Of a stretch of 64,000 nucleotides of DNA, positions 40,348 to 54,704 are shown piece after piece; position 1 is the stretch's first letter, and every line of letters starts with the position of its first letter. The notes beneath the pieces are model-generated. The model saw nothing but the letters and a program-made list of their open reading frames with translations, had not been told where the DNA came from and did not search any database. This DNA comes from Octopus vulgaris. Lineage: Eukaryota. The stretch lies in NCBI GenBank assembly GCA_951406725.2, contig OX597820.1:94426001-94490000 (forward strand), in the 5' to 3' direction. The translations under genes were made by a program, and so were the position numbers.

Positions 40348-42366
40348 AGCAAGCATCTGGAAGAAAACAATCTGTTTCCAGAAGTGCAGAAGGGATGCTG
40401 CAAGGGCTCATACGGATCAGCTACTGATCTATAAAGCCATAACTGAAGACAGTCGCAGAAAGAAGAATGGTCTAAGTATGCCCTGGATCGATTACCAAAA
40501 GGCTTTTGATAGTATTTCCCACACACGAATCTTAGAAAAATTAGCCATGAACAAGGTAGCACCAATAATCATAAAATATATAACATATTCGATAAATAAA
40601 TAGTAGACAGTGCTCCAGCTCCAGACAAAAGAGTGACACATAAAAGCCAAAGCCATCCCCATTAGAAGAAGAATATTCTAGGAAGATACACCCTCTCCAC
40701 TCCTTTCCTGCTTGGCACTGACACCTTTATCTGACCAGCTAAACAGAACTGGATGTGCATACAACTGTTACGGTAAAGCAATCAGCCACACCGTATATAT
40801 GGATGATCTAAAACTGTACGCTACAAATGATAAACAGCTGGAAACATTACTACAGACAGTACATATATTTACCAAAGAAATAAACATGAAATTTGGCTTA
40901 GAGAAATGTACCAAAGCAACTTTGAAGAGTGGAAAACTAGTTAAGAGTCGCAACATTACACTAGGCAATGCAAATTAAATAAGAGAATTAGATCAAAGCC
41001 AGACATACAAATACTTCGGAATCAATGAACTAGAAACGATACAACACATACAAATGAAAGAGAAGATAAAAGAATACTATAGACGAGTTAGATTAATACA
41101 GAAAACAGAGCTCAATGCGAAAAACAAGATAATAGGTATCAACACTCTAGCCGTCCCAGTTATAAGTTACAGCTACAATATTCTTAACTGGTCTCTAAAT
41201 GAATTAATCAAAATAGACAGGAAAACAAGAAATATAATGACAGGGCTTAGGATGCACCACCCAAACTCTGACATAGAAAGGTTATATATACAACGTATGG
41301 AAGGTGGTAGATGCCTTATACAGCTAGAAAACTATTACAAAATAACCACCAAAGACCTACATCAGAAGCAAGGAAAACTAATACAAATAACCACAAAACA
41401 CGAACAAAACAAAAAAACGTTTTCAGTCTTTAAAGAAGCTGACAAATACAAAACAGAAGCCATATCACCTAAAAACTATGAAGAAAAAGAAGAAACAACA
41501 AAAAATGAAACAGCAACAGATAATGATGACAAGAAATGTCCGTTCATGGCAAATGCTGGATTAAACTAAGCCTAAAAGTTGTAGGCAAGCAAAATCCCAA
41601 CAATGACTGAGAAGCCCAGGACTCAAAGCAGAGACTGAGGGAGTTTTAATTGCAGCACAAGACCAAAGCCTTTCTATCAGAAATTACCAAAAACATGTAA
41701 TGAAAAGAAATACAACATCTAACCGTAGAATATGTGGAGATGGACAAGAAACAATAAATCATATTGTCTCTGGTTGCCCAGCCCTAGCTATGAAGGAATA
41801 TATTCACAGACACGACAGAGTTGGGACCTAAACACACCGGAAGCTGTGCCAACACTATGGAATAACAACAGAAAAATGATGGTATAGGCACACGCCAGAA
41901 AAGGTCACAGAAAATGAGAAAGCAACCGTACTCTGAGATATGCCAATACACTCTGACAGAGAAATTAAGGCCAATAGAGATCAAGAAAAAAATGTTTAAT
42001 TGATGTATCAATACCAACAGATGTCAATGTTTCTCTAAAATGAAATGAGAAACTTTCAAAATACAAAAACCTAGAAATAGAGGTAACTCGAATGTGAAGT
42101 CCAAAATCAGAAACAATTGCTATCATAGTAGGCGCATTAGATATGATTAAAAAGATATTTTGACAAATACATAACCAAAACACCAGGATTGACAAGTATA
42201 TATAACAAAAAAATAGCACAACTTGGTACCACACACATCCTACGTAAAACACTTTCAGTACAGTAAAAATGAGAGCATCACAACCACAGTACATACCCAA
42301 GGCTCACAGAGCTGCGCCTAGTAGTGCAGTGAAAGCACGTGATAAAAATGAATAATAATAATAATA
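40348..42366 (+). mobile_element. Second Dong/R4 copy (RT to restriction-like endonuclease), decayed
   Basis: Second YMDDLKLY, RHDRV, KYKNLEIE; (TAA)n tail. Confidence 0.9.
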
Positions 42367-42847
42367 AGCAAACATACTCTGGGATATGCCAATACACACA
42401 GATAGAGAAATTAAGTACAACAGACCAGATATAGTTATCAGAGATCATGAAGAAAAAAATGCTTTCTAACTGATGTATCAATACCAGCAGATGACAACGT
42501 GTGTCTAAAAGAAATGGAGAAACTTCCAAAATACAAAGACCTGGAAATAGAGGTAACTAGAATGTGGAATCTAAAAACAGAAACAATTCCTATCATAGTA
42601 GGCATGATAAAAAAATATTCAGACAAATACATAACAAAAACACCAGGACTTACAAACACATATAACATACAGAAAATTGCACTACTAGGCATTGCACACA
42701 TCCTACGCAGAACACTTTCCATACAGTAACCATCAGAGTATCACAACAAATCACAGCACATACCCAAGGCACACAGAGCTGCGCTCAGTAGTGAAGTGAA
42801 AGCGCGCTATAAAAATAAAAAAATAAAATAATAATAATAATAATAAT
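42367..42847 (+). mobile_element. Third Dong/R4 3' fragment
   Basis: ILWDMPIHTDR, RPDIVI, KYKDLEIEVTRMW; same 3'UTR and (TAA)n tail. Confidence 0.9.
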
Positions 42848-42849
42848 TC

Positions 42850-43073
42850 TTTCTACTGGAAGTACAAGATCTCAAATTTTGGGGGAAGGAATTAAGTCGA
42901 TTACATCGACCCCAGTGCGCTACAGGTTCTTATGTATTAGACCCCAAAAGGATGAAAGGCAAAGTCGACCTCGGCGGAATTTGAACTCAGACAGTAGCGG
43001 CGGGCAAAATACCGTTAAGCATTTCGTCGAGCGCGGTAACGATTCTGTCAGCTCTCCGACTTAATAAAAAAAA

Positions 43074-43145
<72 letters not shown>

Positions 43146-43470
43146 GATAACAACAATAACAACAACAATAATCGTTTAATCCTTTCTTCTAAAAGCACAA
43201 GGTCTGAAATTTAGTGGGATGGGGCTAGACGACTGCATCGACACCAGTACTCAACTGGTACTTATTTCACCGACTTTGAAGGGATTAAACGTAAAGTCGA
43301 TCTCGACGGACTTTGAACTTGGAAGGTAGCGACGATAAGCATTTCGTCCAGCATGCTAACGATTCTACCAACTCGCTGCCTTAGTAATATTAATAATAAT
43401 CCTTTCTATGATAAGCACGAGGCTTGAAATATGAGGGAGGGGGATAGTCGTTACATCAACACCAGTATTT
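42850..43470 (-). mobile_element. Three SINE copies interleaved with (TAA)n
   Basis: Reverse cores at 42850-43062 and 43180-43383, partial copy at 43400-43470. Confidence 0.8.
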
Positions 43471-43876
43471 TCCATACTTTTACAAATATTCGTAAAATTC
43501 GTACATCCACTTTGTGAGTTTATCAACTCCTCTTCGAGTTTCTATTAGCTCCACATAAATTGGTTTATCCTCGTAAAGTTTATTAATTCCTCGTGAGTTG
43601 TCTAAATTCTTTTCGCGTTTATTAATTTGTCATGCGTTGTTTAAATCCTCGTTGCCACTCTTATATCCACTTCAGTATACAGTATGCTTAGTAAGATCAG
43701 TAAAGACACGACTATCTCTGATCGCCTACTACGTACTCTGGTACTTCATGTCCTTCTTTTTACTTATCGCATGTTATTTCATTTGTCACGTGGGAGGGGT
43801 GCACCATTATTACCAATACTCTACAAGATATCTATATATATATATATATGTATATATATGTGTGTGTGTATATATG

Positions 43877-43959
<83 letters not shown>

Positions 43960-43980
43960 TTATGTGTGTGTGTGTGTGTA

Positions 43981-45127
43981 TTAGGTTGTCCCGAAATCTC
44001 TGATAGATTTTAAGCTAAATCTTTTAACGCCTTATTGAACACACCTGAAATATAACAGTTAAAACTTTGGCGTTGCTTGATTCCGGTTACCTTTAATTGA
44101 CTTGTGAAATAGATAAATAAATTTATATTCGCGTTGTAATGCTTTTCTTTATTTAAAAGACTTACAAAAACGTTTGTGAAGTTTATGGTGATGTTGCTGT
44201 AGGTGAATCAGCTGTTCGAAGGTGGTTTGCAAAATTTAAAGCAGGAGAGTTTAGCTTGGAAGATGACAGTCGCAGTGGAAGACCTTCAAAATTGGATGAA
44301 GATATTTTGGAGGCAAAAATCGATTTGTGAACTTGCAGAGCATGAACACCTAGTGAAAAAAAGGATACATTTCTCGCTATAATGTATGTGTCCCTAACAA
44401 ACTCTCAGAAAAGAATTGCTTGGACCGGTATTCCATTTGTGATATGCTTCTGAAACGGAATGAAAGCATACCTTTTTTGAAATAACTTGTGACTGGAGAT
44501 GAAAAATGGATTGTGTACAAAAGCGTAGTGCGAAAAAGATCCTGGAGTTTGCGTAAGGATCCCTAATAACAGCAACCAAAGACGAATATCCATGCCAAAA
44601 AAGCAACGCTTTGGGTTTGGTGGGTTATAAAGGTATTATTTATTATGAGCTCCTCACACAAAACTAGACCATTAATTCTGATATGTACTGTCGGCAGTTG
44701 GCTAATTTTAACCAAAAAATCAAAGAACTGAAGCCAGAGATTACCAATAGGAAAGGAGTAGTGTTCCAACAATGCATGTGTCGTTGGTTACCTCATCAAA
44801 GTTACATGAACTTGGCTGGAGTCTTTTACCCCCATCTATCATATTCTCCTGCTCTTGCGCCATTCGATTACCACTTGTTTTTGTCTCTACATAACTTATT
44901 GCAAGGAAAAATATTTAACGATTTAGATGGAGTCAAAATGCATCTAGATAACCTTTTTTCTTCAAAACCAGTCAAATTTTATGCTGATGGGATATTTAAA
45001 TTGCCTGATAGATGAGAAAAGGTCATTAATAATAATGAAAATTGTTTCATTGCATAAAATTTATTGAAAGGTCAATTATATCCATTTTGCATATTTGAAA
45101 ACGCTCAGAACTTTAGAGCCAACTTAA
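43981..45127 (+). mobile_element. Mariner, decayed
   Basis: TTAGGTTG.../...CAACTTAA ends; RRWFAKFK, SGRP, TGDEKW, SYSPALAPFDYHLF. Confidence 0.88.
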
Positions 45128-45161
<34 letters not shown>

Positions 45162-46210
45162 TGTGTGTGTGTGACTCTATCTTGTCTTCACTCTTTCTCC
45201 CTTTCTTTCTTTCACCCTCTCCTATTTTAGCCTTTCCACTTTCTCCTTTTTTCTCTCTTTCGCACTTTTAGCCTTTCTCCTTTCTCTTTCTTCTATTTTC
45301 TCTCTGTCGCTCTCTCTCCCTACATCTTGCCTTCTTTCTCCTCTGCTTGCTGTCTGCCCCGTGACCCGTGACCAGCTTTCCTTGTTTTCTCTCCCTTTCT
45401 TATATCTGGTCCCGTAGCTGACCAGTCACAAATTCTCTATCTCATTGCCTTCTATCCTTTAGAATTTCATCTAAGCGTTGCCAATATTCTTGTCTTTTTT
45501 GGCCCTATGGCTATATTTTGCTCGTTTCTTATTTATTTCGTCTCATTTTTTCCCTTTCGTGTGTCCACTGTTCTGTATTGTTTTGCTTTGTTTTGTTTGC
45601 TCTCGGCCCTATATTCGCTGCAAATTTTTGCGGGTACCGCCAATATGGAAAGTTCTGTCTTATCACTAATGGTGCAAAACTGAGTATTACCAATTTGTTG
45701 ATAAATGATGAAGAATTAGGGACCTTCTGTGACTGTCTCCGGTCCGGTTGTACACTCAGTACACGTTACGTCGTTTGTTTATTTACCATACATTTTTCAT
45801 GTATTATATATATACATATGTGTGTGTGTGTTTGACTCAGTTCTAGTGCATAGAACAGACCCACCTATGAGATGTTCAGAGCTGGCGTAGTGGAAATTTT
45901 TGTAAAAAAAAACTCTAAAAAAAATGTCTTCTACATATTTCGGCCCTATTGATCAGCTTAGGTCGTGTGGGTGTTTTTACTATCAATGCAACATCAATTA
46001 TTTTATTGTTAGGTCTGAAATGGTGAGGCAGACAAGATCACTCTGTTATTTAGCAATAACAGTTATTCTTTGGTTAATGTAACCGATTTGAATTCGCGTG
46101 ACCGATATAAGTCGGCCAGAGCATGTATTGTATATCTGTAGAATGTGGATCAGTAAATCCTAGGGAAGTTTATCTGGATTACCAGCGGCCGAAGGATCGA
46201 AGGTCATTAA

Positions 46211-46307
46211 CAGGGTGTGTCTTTAAGGGCAGGACGTGTCTTTAAGGGCAGGGCGTGTCTTTAAGGGCAGGGCGTGTCTTTAAGAGCAGAGCGTGTCTTT
46301 AAGGGCA
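46211..46307. repeat. 19-bp minisatellite (CAGGGCGTGTCTTTAAGGG)x5
   Basis: Direct tandem units. Confidence 0.9.
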
Positions 46308-46324
46308 ACAATAATTTAGGTTAT

Positions 46325-46830
46325 TTATCCTATTGATGGATACTGTGGGATGGTGGAGTAGTGCAGTTTCCCACAGAGACAGAGATAATAATTACATGCT
46401 CCAGGTGAGTAAGAAAGGGTCCCTTTAAAGATGCTTCGTGTGATGTTAGGTAAGTTGTTTCGATGGTTTTGGAGTCTCCAGATGAAGAGAGAGAGAGAGA
46501 AATAGATTTCCACCTCTACACCTGAAGGATTGCATATACTGCATGTATTTTCCCTGAAAGATATTGACTGTGGTGCCCATATAGTGCTATGTGGTGCCAT
46601 CAGATGGTGTGACAGTAACTCTATCAGTAAAAGTCTTAGAGAGCCAGGATCATTCCGATGAAAAGCTGACAAGATTTCGCCAGTTACAGAGTTTATGATA
46701 CCAACATGTAATTTGGAAATGCTTTTTAATTAGCGTTAGGAAGCTCTTTGCTATATTGGTGGAAGCTCCTAGATGGATGGAGGATTAAACCATATTGTTT
46801 TTCACTTTCTATCTATGTCTTGTAACTGAA
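46325..46830 (-). mobile_element. Penelope-like fragment
   Basis: IWFNPP motif and SLFIWRLQ...YSPGA...LCL GIY-YIG tail. Confidence 0.7.
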
Positions 46831-47433
46831 CCATTCCACAAGTTCGATAAAATAAGTACTAGACAGGAGTAGTCACTGGGACCGATATGACTGACTGGAC
46901 ACTTGAAGATGGAACATTAGAAATCAGCAAAATATTGTGTGTGTTTGTGTGTGTGTGTGCGCCTGTGTGGGTACGTGCATATATATCTATGTGTATATGT
47001 GTGTGTTTGTGCGTACATATATATCTGTGTGTGTGTGTATAAATATGTGTATGTATATAGTATAAATATCTGTTTCAGTCTAAAATTTCCAGTCACAAGG
47101 CAATGATTAACCCAGATCTTATCCAAACAATTCCTTGTACAGCGAAGTTGAATCATAGATATATTCGTCATTACTATTTTTATAGTTATATAGTCATTTT
47201 CATAATTATTATCAGTATTTTGGGAATACCGTATATGCCCACAGTGCACGCCCGTTGGGTACAATTTATGGCACATCAGAATAGATTACACAATAATTCG
47301 TTTACTTATCTCTAACTACATGCAATACCGCATTATACTGTGTTATAGAAACATTTTCAGTATTATGATATATTGGTACTTCAAACATTTTTCCAAACTC
47401 AAATGTAATGTTTAATATTTTGACTATTTGTAG

Positions 47434-47524
47434 AAAATAACTGCCCTGCTCTGAAGCTTTTTCATGCCAAAAGGACAACCCAATTCTTCAATGTAACACC
47501 ATTCAGTTTTCCGGATGATGGCAG
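47434..47524 (+). CDS. Multi-CUB protein exon w11 (CUB-D part 1)
   Basis: tag/gtaag; NNCPALKLFHAKRTTQFFNVTPFSFPDDG; size and phase match other first-part exons. Confidence 0.78.
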
Positions 47525-48559
47525 GTAAGCAATGATCTGGATTATATAGTACCTACTATAACTTTGCATAATATTGGATATCGTAAAATAGCAATAAGTT
47601 CGGCACATGCACTCTTCGTAATGTTTTTATATATATTGTTAAGTTTTCTTCGTATCTTTTGCTTAAAACCAAGAGTATTTTTTCTGCTGGTTTCGTCAAG
47701 GTGAAAAAAAAAACTGGTTAAATAATCCAACCACAATCGACATGGAGAGCACATTTTCTCTTTAATCTAAGGTTGTGCCTTCAATTTCTTTTCTTCATTA
47801 AAATTAGATATATATTCACACACGAAAGTAATTCTTTTGCTTAGGCGATGTCATATTATTGCTTGCTTATTGTCCAGCTTATGTTATCATATGGAAAACG
47901 ACAACATTCAGCATATTGCTTACAATTACATGAGAAAAACTCATTTGACATATGCCGTTAAAGCTCGTAAGAAATATACAGAATTTGTTACTTCTCATTT
48001 ACATAATCGTTACCATCATCGTTACCATCTTCGTCACCACCGATATCATTATTATCATCATCATCACCTCCATCGTCATCAATAATGCTATTATCATCAC
48101 CAACATTGTTATCATCACCACTGATATCATCATTAGCAGTAGCAGCTATCAACTACAAAGTACACTTGCTTTGGGTATGATCATGAAATCGTTAAATATT
48201 CCGTTCTCTCATCAATCACTCTACCATTGTACGCCATTAAGGTCTTGATTATGATTTTGGGAGGCAATCCACAGTTCATCCTTCCATCGGTGGATTTTTA
48301 GATGATAATTTGGCTGATGGACAACGTTGTGCGTCTTTCATTGGGTTTTAACATTAACGAAAGCTACATGTTTAATAGGGCATGTTCATGATCAATTCAG
48401 TTGATCCACTCTAGAATATTACTGCTATATATCGCATCGATGCCGGATGAATATGATGTAAAGAAATGAGACTGAATAGGAAAAAGCAGATTTGTCGTTC
48501 ACAATAAATTGGTTTTGTACTAACTGCCCCTTAAATGGCTAACAATGGCATTACTTGAT

Positions 48560-49620
48560 TGTTACATATTCTATCGATTCCCAATGGCATAAAGGGTCAA
48601 GTCAGCATCAGAGGTATTTCAACTGAGAACTTAAATAAGATATAATTAAATACCTCAAGTTATTTAAACTAACACTCCTCGGTTTCAACTACCCACCGTC
48701 CTAACTTGGACTAAATTGTTTCTAATGTAGATAAAAAGCCTGAAATTCATGAGGATTCAACTGATTATATCGAACCCTGTATTTGACTGGTATTTTTTAA
48801 TTTAACGATCTCTGAGAGTTGAAAGGTGGGACTTGATCTCGTAAAGAGCCGGAACAAGTATCGCAAAGCATTTTGCATGAGGCTCTTGCGCTTCTGCCAT
48901 CTCACGGCCCGATGTCAAGTTTTGAAGGAATGGTTTAGTCAATATCATTGTTCCCAGTACTTGGTTGGTGCTATATTTTATCGATCCTGATAGAATGAAA
49001 GGCAAAGTTGACCTTGACATGTGAACTCAGAACGTAAAGAGCCGGTAAAACTATCGCATGACTACATCAGATGATCTAAAAATATTGCCAAGTCAATAAC
49101 CTTAATTGCACTAAATAATTGTTTCAAACTTGGGCAAAAGGCTTTCAATTTTGAGGGAAGAGTTTAATCGATTACAATGACCACAGTTCTTGACCAATGC
49201 TTTATTTAATCGACCTCGAAAGAATGAAAAGTAAAGTTGACTTCGGAATGATTTGAATCCAGAATGTAAAGAGTCGAAAGAAATGCCGCTATACAATTTT
49301 CCTGATCCAGTAACGGTTGTGCCACTTGGAAAGCAAAATCGACTTCGGCGAGATTTGATCTGGTGTGCTAAGGATTCGGCAAGATTTTGTCTGGTGTGCT
49401 AAGGGTTCAGCTTGATCAGCGCCTTATCAGTTCTTCGATTGTAGACACAAGGCCTGAAATTTTGGTGGGGTTGGATTTGTAGTCTATTACATCGACCCCA
49501 GTGCTCAACTGACACTTATCTCAACTCTGAAAGGATGACTAGTAAAGTCAACCTCGGGGGAGTTTGAATACAGAACGGAAAGACAGATGAAATGCCATCA
49601 AGCATTTTGTCTGGCATGTT
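48560..49620 (-). mobile_element. Cluster of about 5-6 decayed SINEs in the same orientation
   Basis: Repeated GAAAGG..AAAGT.GAC(C/T)T..GAACTCAGAA motifs. Confidence 0.7.
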
Positions 49621-49727
49621 GATAAACTTGCACTAAATAACAAAAGATAAAATTGTGAGCCATTTGGTTTAATCTTTTTCTTATTTGGTTTTGTTTTATT
49701 CTAGCTTTGTCACATCTATTGTTGCAG

Positions 49728-49849
49728 GACTTGTAAATGGTTTATTTCAAACGGGGGAGGAAACGACACCATTCTGCTGCAGTTTCTTTTTACGGATATG
49801 GGAGAAGAAAATGAAGACTGCCAATCAAAGTATATCGCTGTATATGAAG
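49728..49849 (+). CDS. Multi-CUB protein exon w12 (CUB-D part 2)
   Basis: cag/gtaac; TCKWFISNGGGNDTILLQFLFTDMGEENEDCQSKYIAVYE. Confidence 0.88.
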
Positions 49850-50080
49850 GTAACAGTTATGTTTGAATACACAAAGATATAACTTAAGCAAAATTTAACC
49901 AAAACCATATATATAAAATGAAAATAAAATTAATCATTAGAGTAAAACATCTTGAACAAAGTCTTACAAACGCACATACACACACAACACACACACACAC
50001 ACATGCAATACACACACACACATAGTGAGTAAGAGAGTGAGAGAGAGGGGGTAAGTGTGTGTATGGATATATATTTATTA

Positions 50081-50119
<39 letters not shown>

Positions 50120-50243
50120 CTCTGCTCGCTTAGCCAGCGGGGTGGCGTCATTTGAAGGCTAAAACAATGCGAACGCATTGTGACCAGCGGTGTGTAACAA
50201 CATCTGATGTTCTGGTCGGTCTCGTGATCGTGATATATATATG

Positions 50244-51159
50244 TGTAGTGGACTTGGGACAACATCGTTCTTAGTGATGATGGCGACGAAGATAGCGACG
50301 ACGTGAAGTAGACAGACGACGATGATGATGACGAAGGTGGAGAAAAGGAATCGAATATATGATGGCGTTCGTCATCATGGCTGTAGAATAAGAAAGAGGC
50401 TCCTTCGACAACTGTTTGTGGTGGCCGGAAACAAATCGTCGAAAGAAATGCGTAGAGTTAAATCGTGTTCCGACCTCGCAGAAAAAACTGGATTTTTTTG
50501 TTGATAAGTGATCTCTGGTTTTAGACCAGAATCACGTCGGGGTCACCACTTGTAACGAACTTAACGTGTGAGGTGTGAATATCCTCGTGCACTTTTGGGG
50601 TGCACAAAGCAATCACTAGCTCGTTCGTTAATGATCCAGATTCTCTACAAGTCGGAAACAACAGGACGCAGACATAAAATATACATATAACTACTTTATT
50701 CTCTTTCTTGGTAAACAATAACAATAAGGGTGTTATCTGATGTCCTTGATTCGGGCGCGCAAGGCTGAAAGTTAATAGATTGTAATAGTTACAATCTCCA
50801 GCCCAAAAACAGAAAGGATTCAAGATGGCGTCGAACAATGGAGACGATGTTGGTCTGCAACAATTTTGGTTAAAAGTCTTCGGCCAAAGGACTGCTAGAA
50901 TCTAATCCTGACGGAGAGAATATATGCGTGACCGTCGCCGTCAATCGCTAGGTCCCAAGTCACCGCTTGCTGGACGCTAGCGGTCAAACGTTCTACGACC
51001 CCCTTGCCTCGCTAACTGCTACGTAGGCAATAGGGTCGTGCTACCGGTGGTTCGCGCATGCGCGAGAGGGCCTTCCTTTCTGTGCCTTGGTGAAGGCACT
51101 AACACGCGCGAAATACAAATGGTCGGTGCGCGAGCGCGCACCGTTATAATATCACTACA
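50244..51159. mobile_element. Solo LTR (probably Gypsy)
   Basis: TGTAGTG...CACTACA termini, 4-bp TSD TATG, GC-rich, 916 bp. Confidence 0.8.
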
Positions 51160-51189
51160 TATGTATATGTAAATGTGTGTATGTATATA

Positions 51190-51397
51190 CGAATGTTTGC
51201 CGAAAAGTTCCTGGTTTTAAGAGTATCGTGAAAGACCTGGCTGGAGGTCCAAACTTCCGAGGTCTTTTACAGAGCTTAGAAAAACTTAAGGACCGCTGCA
51301 ATAAGTGTGTGATTTGAGAGGGGAATATGTTGAAAAAAATCATAATTAACTGATCCTCCTGTATTATTTTTTACCCAAAACCAGGAACTTTTCAACA
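51190..51397 (+). mobile_element. Mariner-derived MITE
   Basis: Inverted AAAAGTTCCTGGTTTT / AAAACCAGGAACTTTT; carries C-terminal RCNKCVI*EGNMLK/GEYVEK-like remnant. Confidence 0.7.
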
Positions 51398-51427
51398 TAT
51401 ATATATATGGGTGTATGTGTGCGTGCA

Positions 51428-51469
<42 letters not shown>

Positions 51470-52312
51470 TGTCTGTATCGATTAACGATATACATGTGAA
51501 AGTTATAGTTGCTAAGTCAATTGATATTAAGTCACATCTATGACGAGATGTTTAATTCATATCACCACAACCCAGCTAGTTGTACTGTATATAAGTGCCA
51601 ATACAGTACTGGAAATGGTGACAACACTATATAACTAACAAGTGATTTCTTCGCTTGCATGCCGGGATTTAGATTCCATTATAAGTTTGCAAAGTGCAAA
51701 TGATTCAATTCCAGTGTATCTCAGAATATACTCTTGCGTGTTTTCGTCATGAACGAATACTATGTCTTAAGTAGAGTAATATAATCTCCACTTAAACGTG
51801 GGTGTTCTGTTAGAAGAAACTATACTGTGGTAGATACCATGAGAGAAACTATCATATTGGTTTTTGGTGTAAAAATGTACACTTAGTTATATCGCGACGT
51901 ACAGTAAAAGAGGGAATACAAAAGAGTGACAGAGAGAGAGAGGAAAAATGGAAAGAAAGGAAGAGACGTAAGCAAGAGACTATGGCACTACAACCAGCCT
52001 GGAAAAGTCTTCGCTACATTTGCGGTACCTGCCAGAGGGAGTGTTTGTCCAGGATAGGACTACACAGCCACAGCAGGAAATGTATCAGGACATGAAATAT
52101 AAAAGCCGGACTAGACTACTTCATGCGCAACTCCATTGTCTCCCGAGACAAAAGGATGCCAATGCAATAGTTATATCGCTAGCAGGGAGATAACTCTCCG
52201 CCACCTCCAGTGCTGCTTCAGCGGCGCTCTGTATAAACAAGGGTTGTGGTGGGAGAGGTTTAGTTTTCATGAGCACCATTACATAAAATGCATAAATATA
52301 TGTTTTTTTCAG

Positions 52313-52462
52313 GTTCGCCAAACTCAAGAACACTTCTGAAAAAGTTTTGCAATGATGAAAATCCGATATTCCAAACTGAAACGAAATCATTCCATGTGAT
52401 GTTCTACTCCGCGCACCCTATAGTGGATGTATCATTCGTAGCAAAGTACGAACTTCTCTCAC
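52313..52462 (+). CDS. Multi-CUB protein exon w13 (CUB-D part 3)
   Basis: cag/gtaag; SPNSRTLLKKFCNDENPIFQTETKSFHVMFYSAHPIVDVSFVAKYELLS. Confidence 0.9.
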
Positions 52463-52629
52463 GTAAGTCCTTATGCGGGTTGTTTTGCTGGTTTGTGTGT
52501 GTGTGTGTGTGTGTGTGTGTAAGTGTGAGCTCAATGTTTACATGAACAACACAAAAGATGCATGCATAAACGACTTTTAAATTCATTCAGCACCACATAT
52601 GCACACACTAATAGAAACTCTCTCGCACG

Positions 52630-52670
<41 letters not shown>

Positions 52671-53453
52671 ACGCACGCACGTATGCATACACACATAAAC
52701 GCTGACAGCGACTAATTTTCGCTTGACAATTTTAAAAGTCAAACAAAATTTTATAAGTTTCAGTGAAAAGGAATTTTATAAGCATGATTCTACTGTCAAT
52801 ATTGTCCCCCCTCATCAGTAATGCTTTGTTGTTATATCTGGACTTGCGTTAGCATAATGACTGCCAATATACATCAGAAGACAGAGAGTTTGAGGGAGCC
52901 ACAACTGTTGGAAGTTCGAAGTCACCGTTAAACTTTTCCTTTTCAAATATAAAATTACTGTTCAAATATAATACCCTATGTAATATAACTGTACATATAA
53001 GCAAATATATATATATATTTATTTATCGTTTCGTAACCATATTGTTAGAAACAGATTTGCCCCGTAATCAATTGTGAGTGGTCATTAAAGTTGTGATGAA
53101 CTGTTTCTTCGTCTTCTTATTTGGATTGTGTGTGTGTGTGTGTCTGTGTGTGTGTGTGTGTGCGCGTCTGCATGTGTATGTATATATGTATGTATGTGCG
53201 CTCGCCTATGTTTGTGTTTATTGTCTTTAGGTGTTCGTAGTGTGTTTCTTATGCTTGTATGTGCGTGTGGACACAGTGACTCGCGCATTATAGTTCGAAC
53301 GTTAGGTCATATAAATATTGATATTGTTAAATTTGCAAGAAGATCGTTACCATATGTTTATATATGTCATTGCTGAATGTATTACACAGTTTACATGCAG
53401 ATGTTGAATTTTTCTCACATATAATCACTCCTTAATAACTTTTGTTTTGCTAG

Positions 53454-53544
53454 CGACTCTTGAGTTATATAATGATTCATATATGGTGGCTGATGATGAG
53501 AAACAGTATTTTACATCACCAGATTTTTTCAACCAAACTGACAT
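53454..53544 (+). CDS. Multi-CUB protein exon w14 (CUB-E part 1)
   Basis: tag/gtaagt; TLELYNDSYMVADDEKQYFTSPDFFNQTD. Confidence 0.85.
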
Positions 53545-53944
53545 GTAAGTATAAATCAAATTTACGGCTCTCCACCATGACAATACAGAAATGTTACACA
53601 AACAAATACAATGTATCAAAAAATATTATTAACCATATCAATTATTAAAAGTTAAGCGGGGGGTTTGAGGTTAAAAAGTTTGTTTTGCAACTGAGGAGTT
53701 TCGTGTAAAGTCCCATGTACGATACCTTCGGCAAGTGTCTTCCATTGTACCGGGTCGACCAATACCTAGTGAGTGAATTTGGTAGCCAAAAACTGTGTGG
53801 AAGCCTGTCGTGTATTCATATCTATCTGTTTATAGCTATACTTGTCTCTCTCCCACTCCCTAACTCTCTCTCTCTCTCTGTATATGTATATATATATATA
53901 TATATATATTGCATCAGCATGGCCGCAGCTCTGAGCTGAAACTA

Positions 53945-53978
<34 letters not shown>

Positions 53979-54704
53979 GGAATTTACCAAAAAGAACAAA
54001 GCAAAAGACGAAGGCGGGTGTGTAAACAACAAACAGATGTATTAGTTTAACACTCGGGAAGTGAGAAAGTCTTTTACGTTTCAAGCCTACGCGCTTCAAC
54101 AGGAGGGAACACAGAAAAAAGCAGAGAGAGAAAATAAGAAAGGTTTAGCGATCAATCATGGGGATCAATCACGCACACATATTTATATATGTGGAACTCG
54201 AACCCACACCTCTTTGTTTACGCGGCCAAGTGTGCTACCGATTACACTAGCGAACTAACTTGCATTTTTTGTCTAGTATGTAATAAAATGTCTAAAAGCA
54301 TGGCCGGGCTTAAAAGTCATATAAGAGCATCATATGGCAACAGTCATGAATCATTTCAGTAAGTCTTCTTGACAATGGCTTTTCTCGTATAACAAGGATG
54401 CAGCTGGGGATACATGTGTGTGTGTGTGATAATAAGATCCAAACATCTAAGGGTAGGAAATGTGTAAGCTGCGAGAAAAGGATCTGCTTGCTAGGAAACA
54501 TATGTAGTCTGGATTTTACCTGCCCTGCTCCCTCAATTTGGATATATGTTTATACATACATACATGTATATATATATATTCTATAATTAATAATAATTTT
54601 ATTTTATAATCTTAAAGCAATCACCGTGCAATGACTAAAGAAAATAGTCTAAGAATTGGGCATATAAACTCCACCCCCCTCAACAGAAAGAAAGTAGGTT
54701 TTCC

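Noticed and set aside
38694-40427. 577-aa ORF as a host gene or active RT
   Set aside because: Part of a frameshifted Dong element lacking its endonuclease; the C-terminus is read-through into another copy
46211-46307. Regular short repeats as a CRISPR array
   Set aside because: No spacers; eukaryotic minisatellite
49705-49727. Upstream TAG acceptor for exon w12 (ORF 49685-49882 frame)
   Set aside because: That frame has no CUB motifs; the 49728 acceptor restores CxW, C and VYEG
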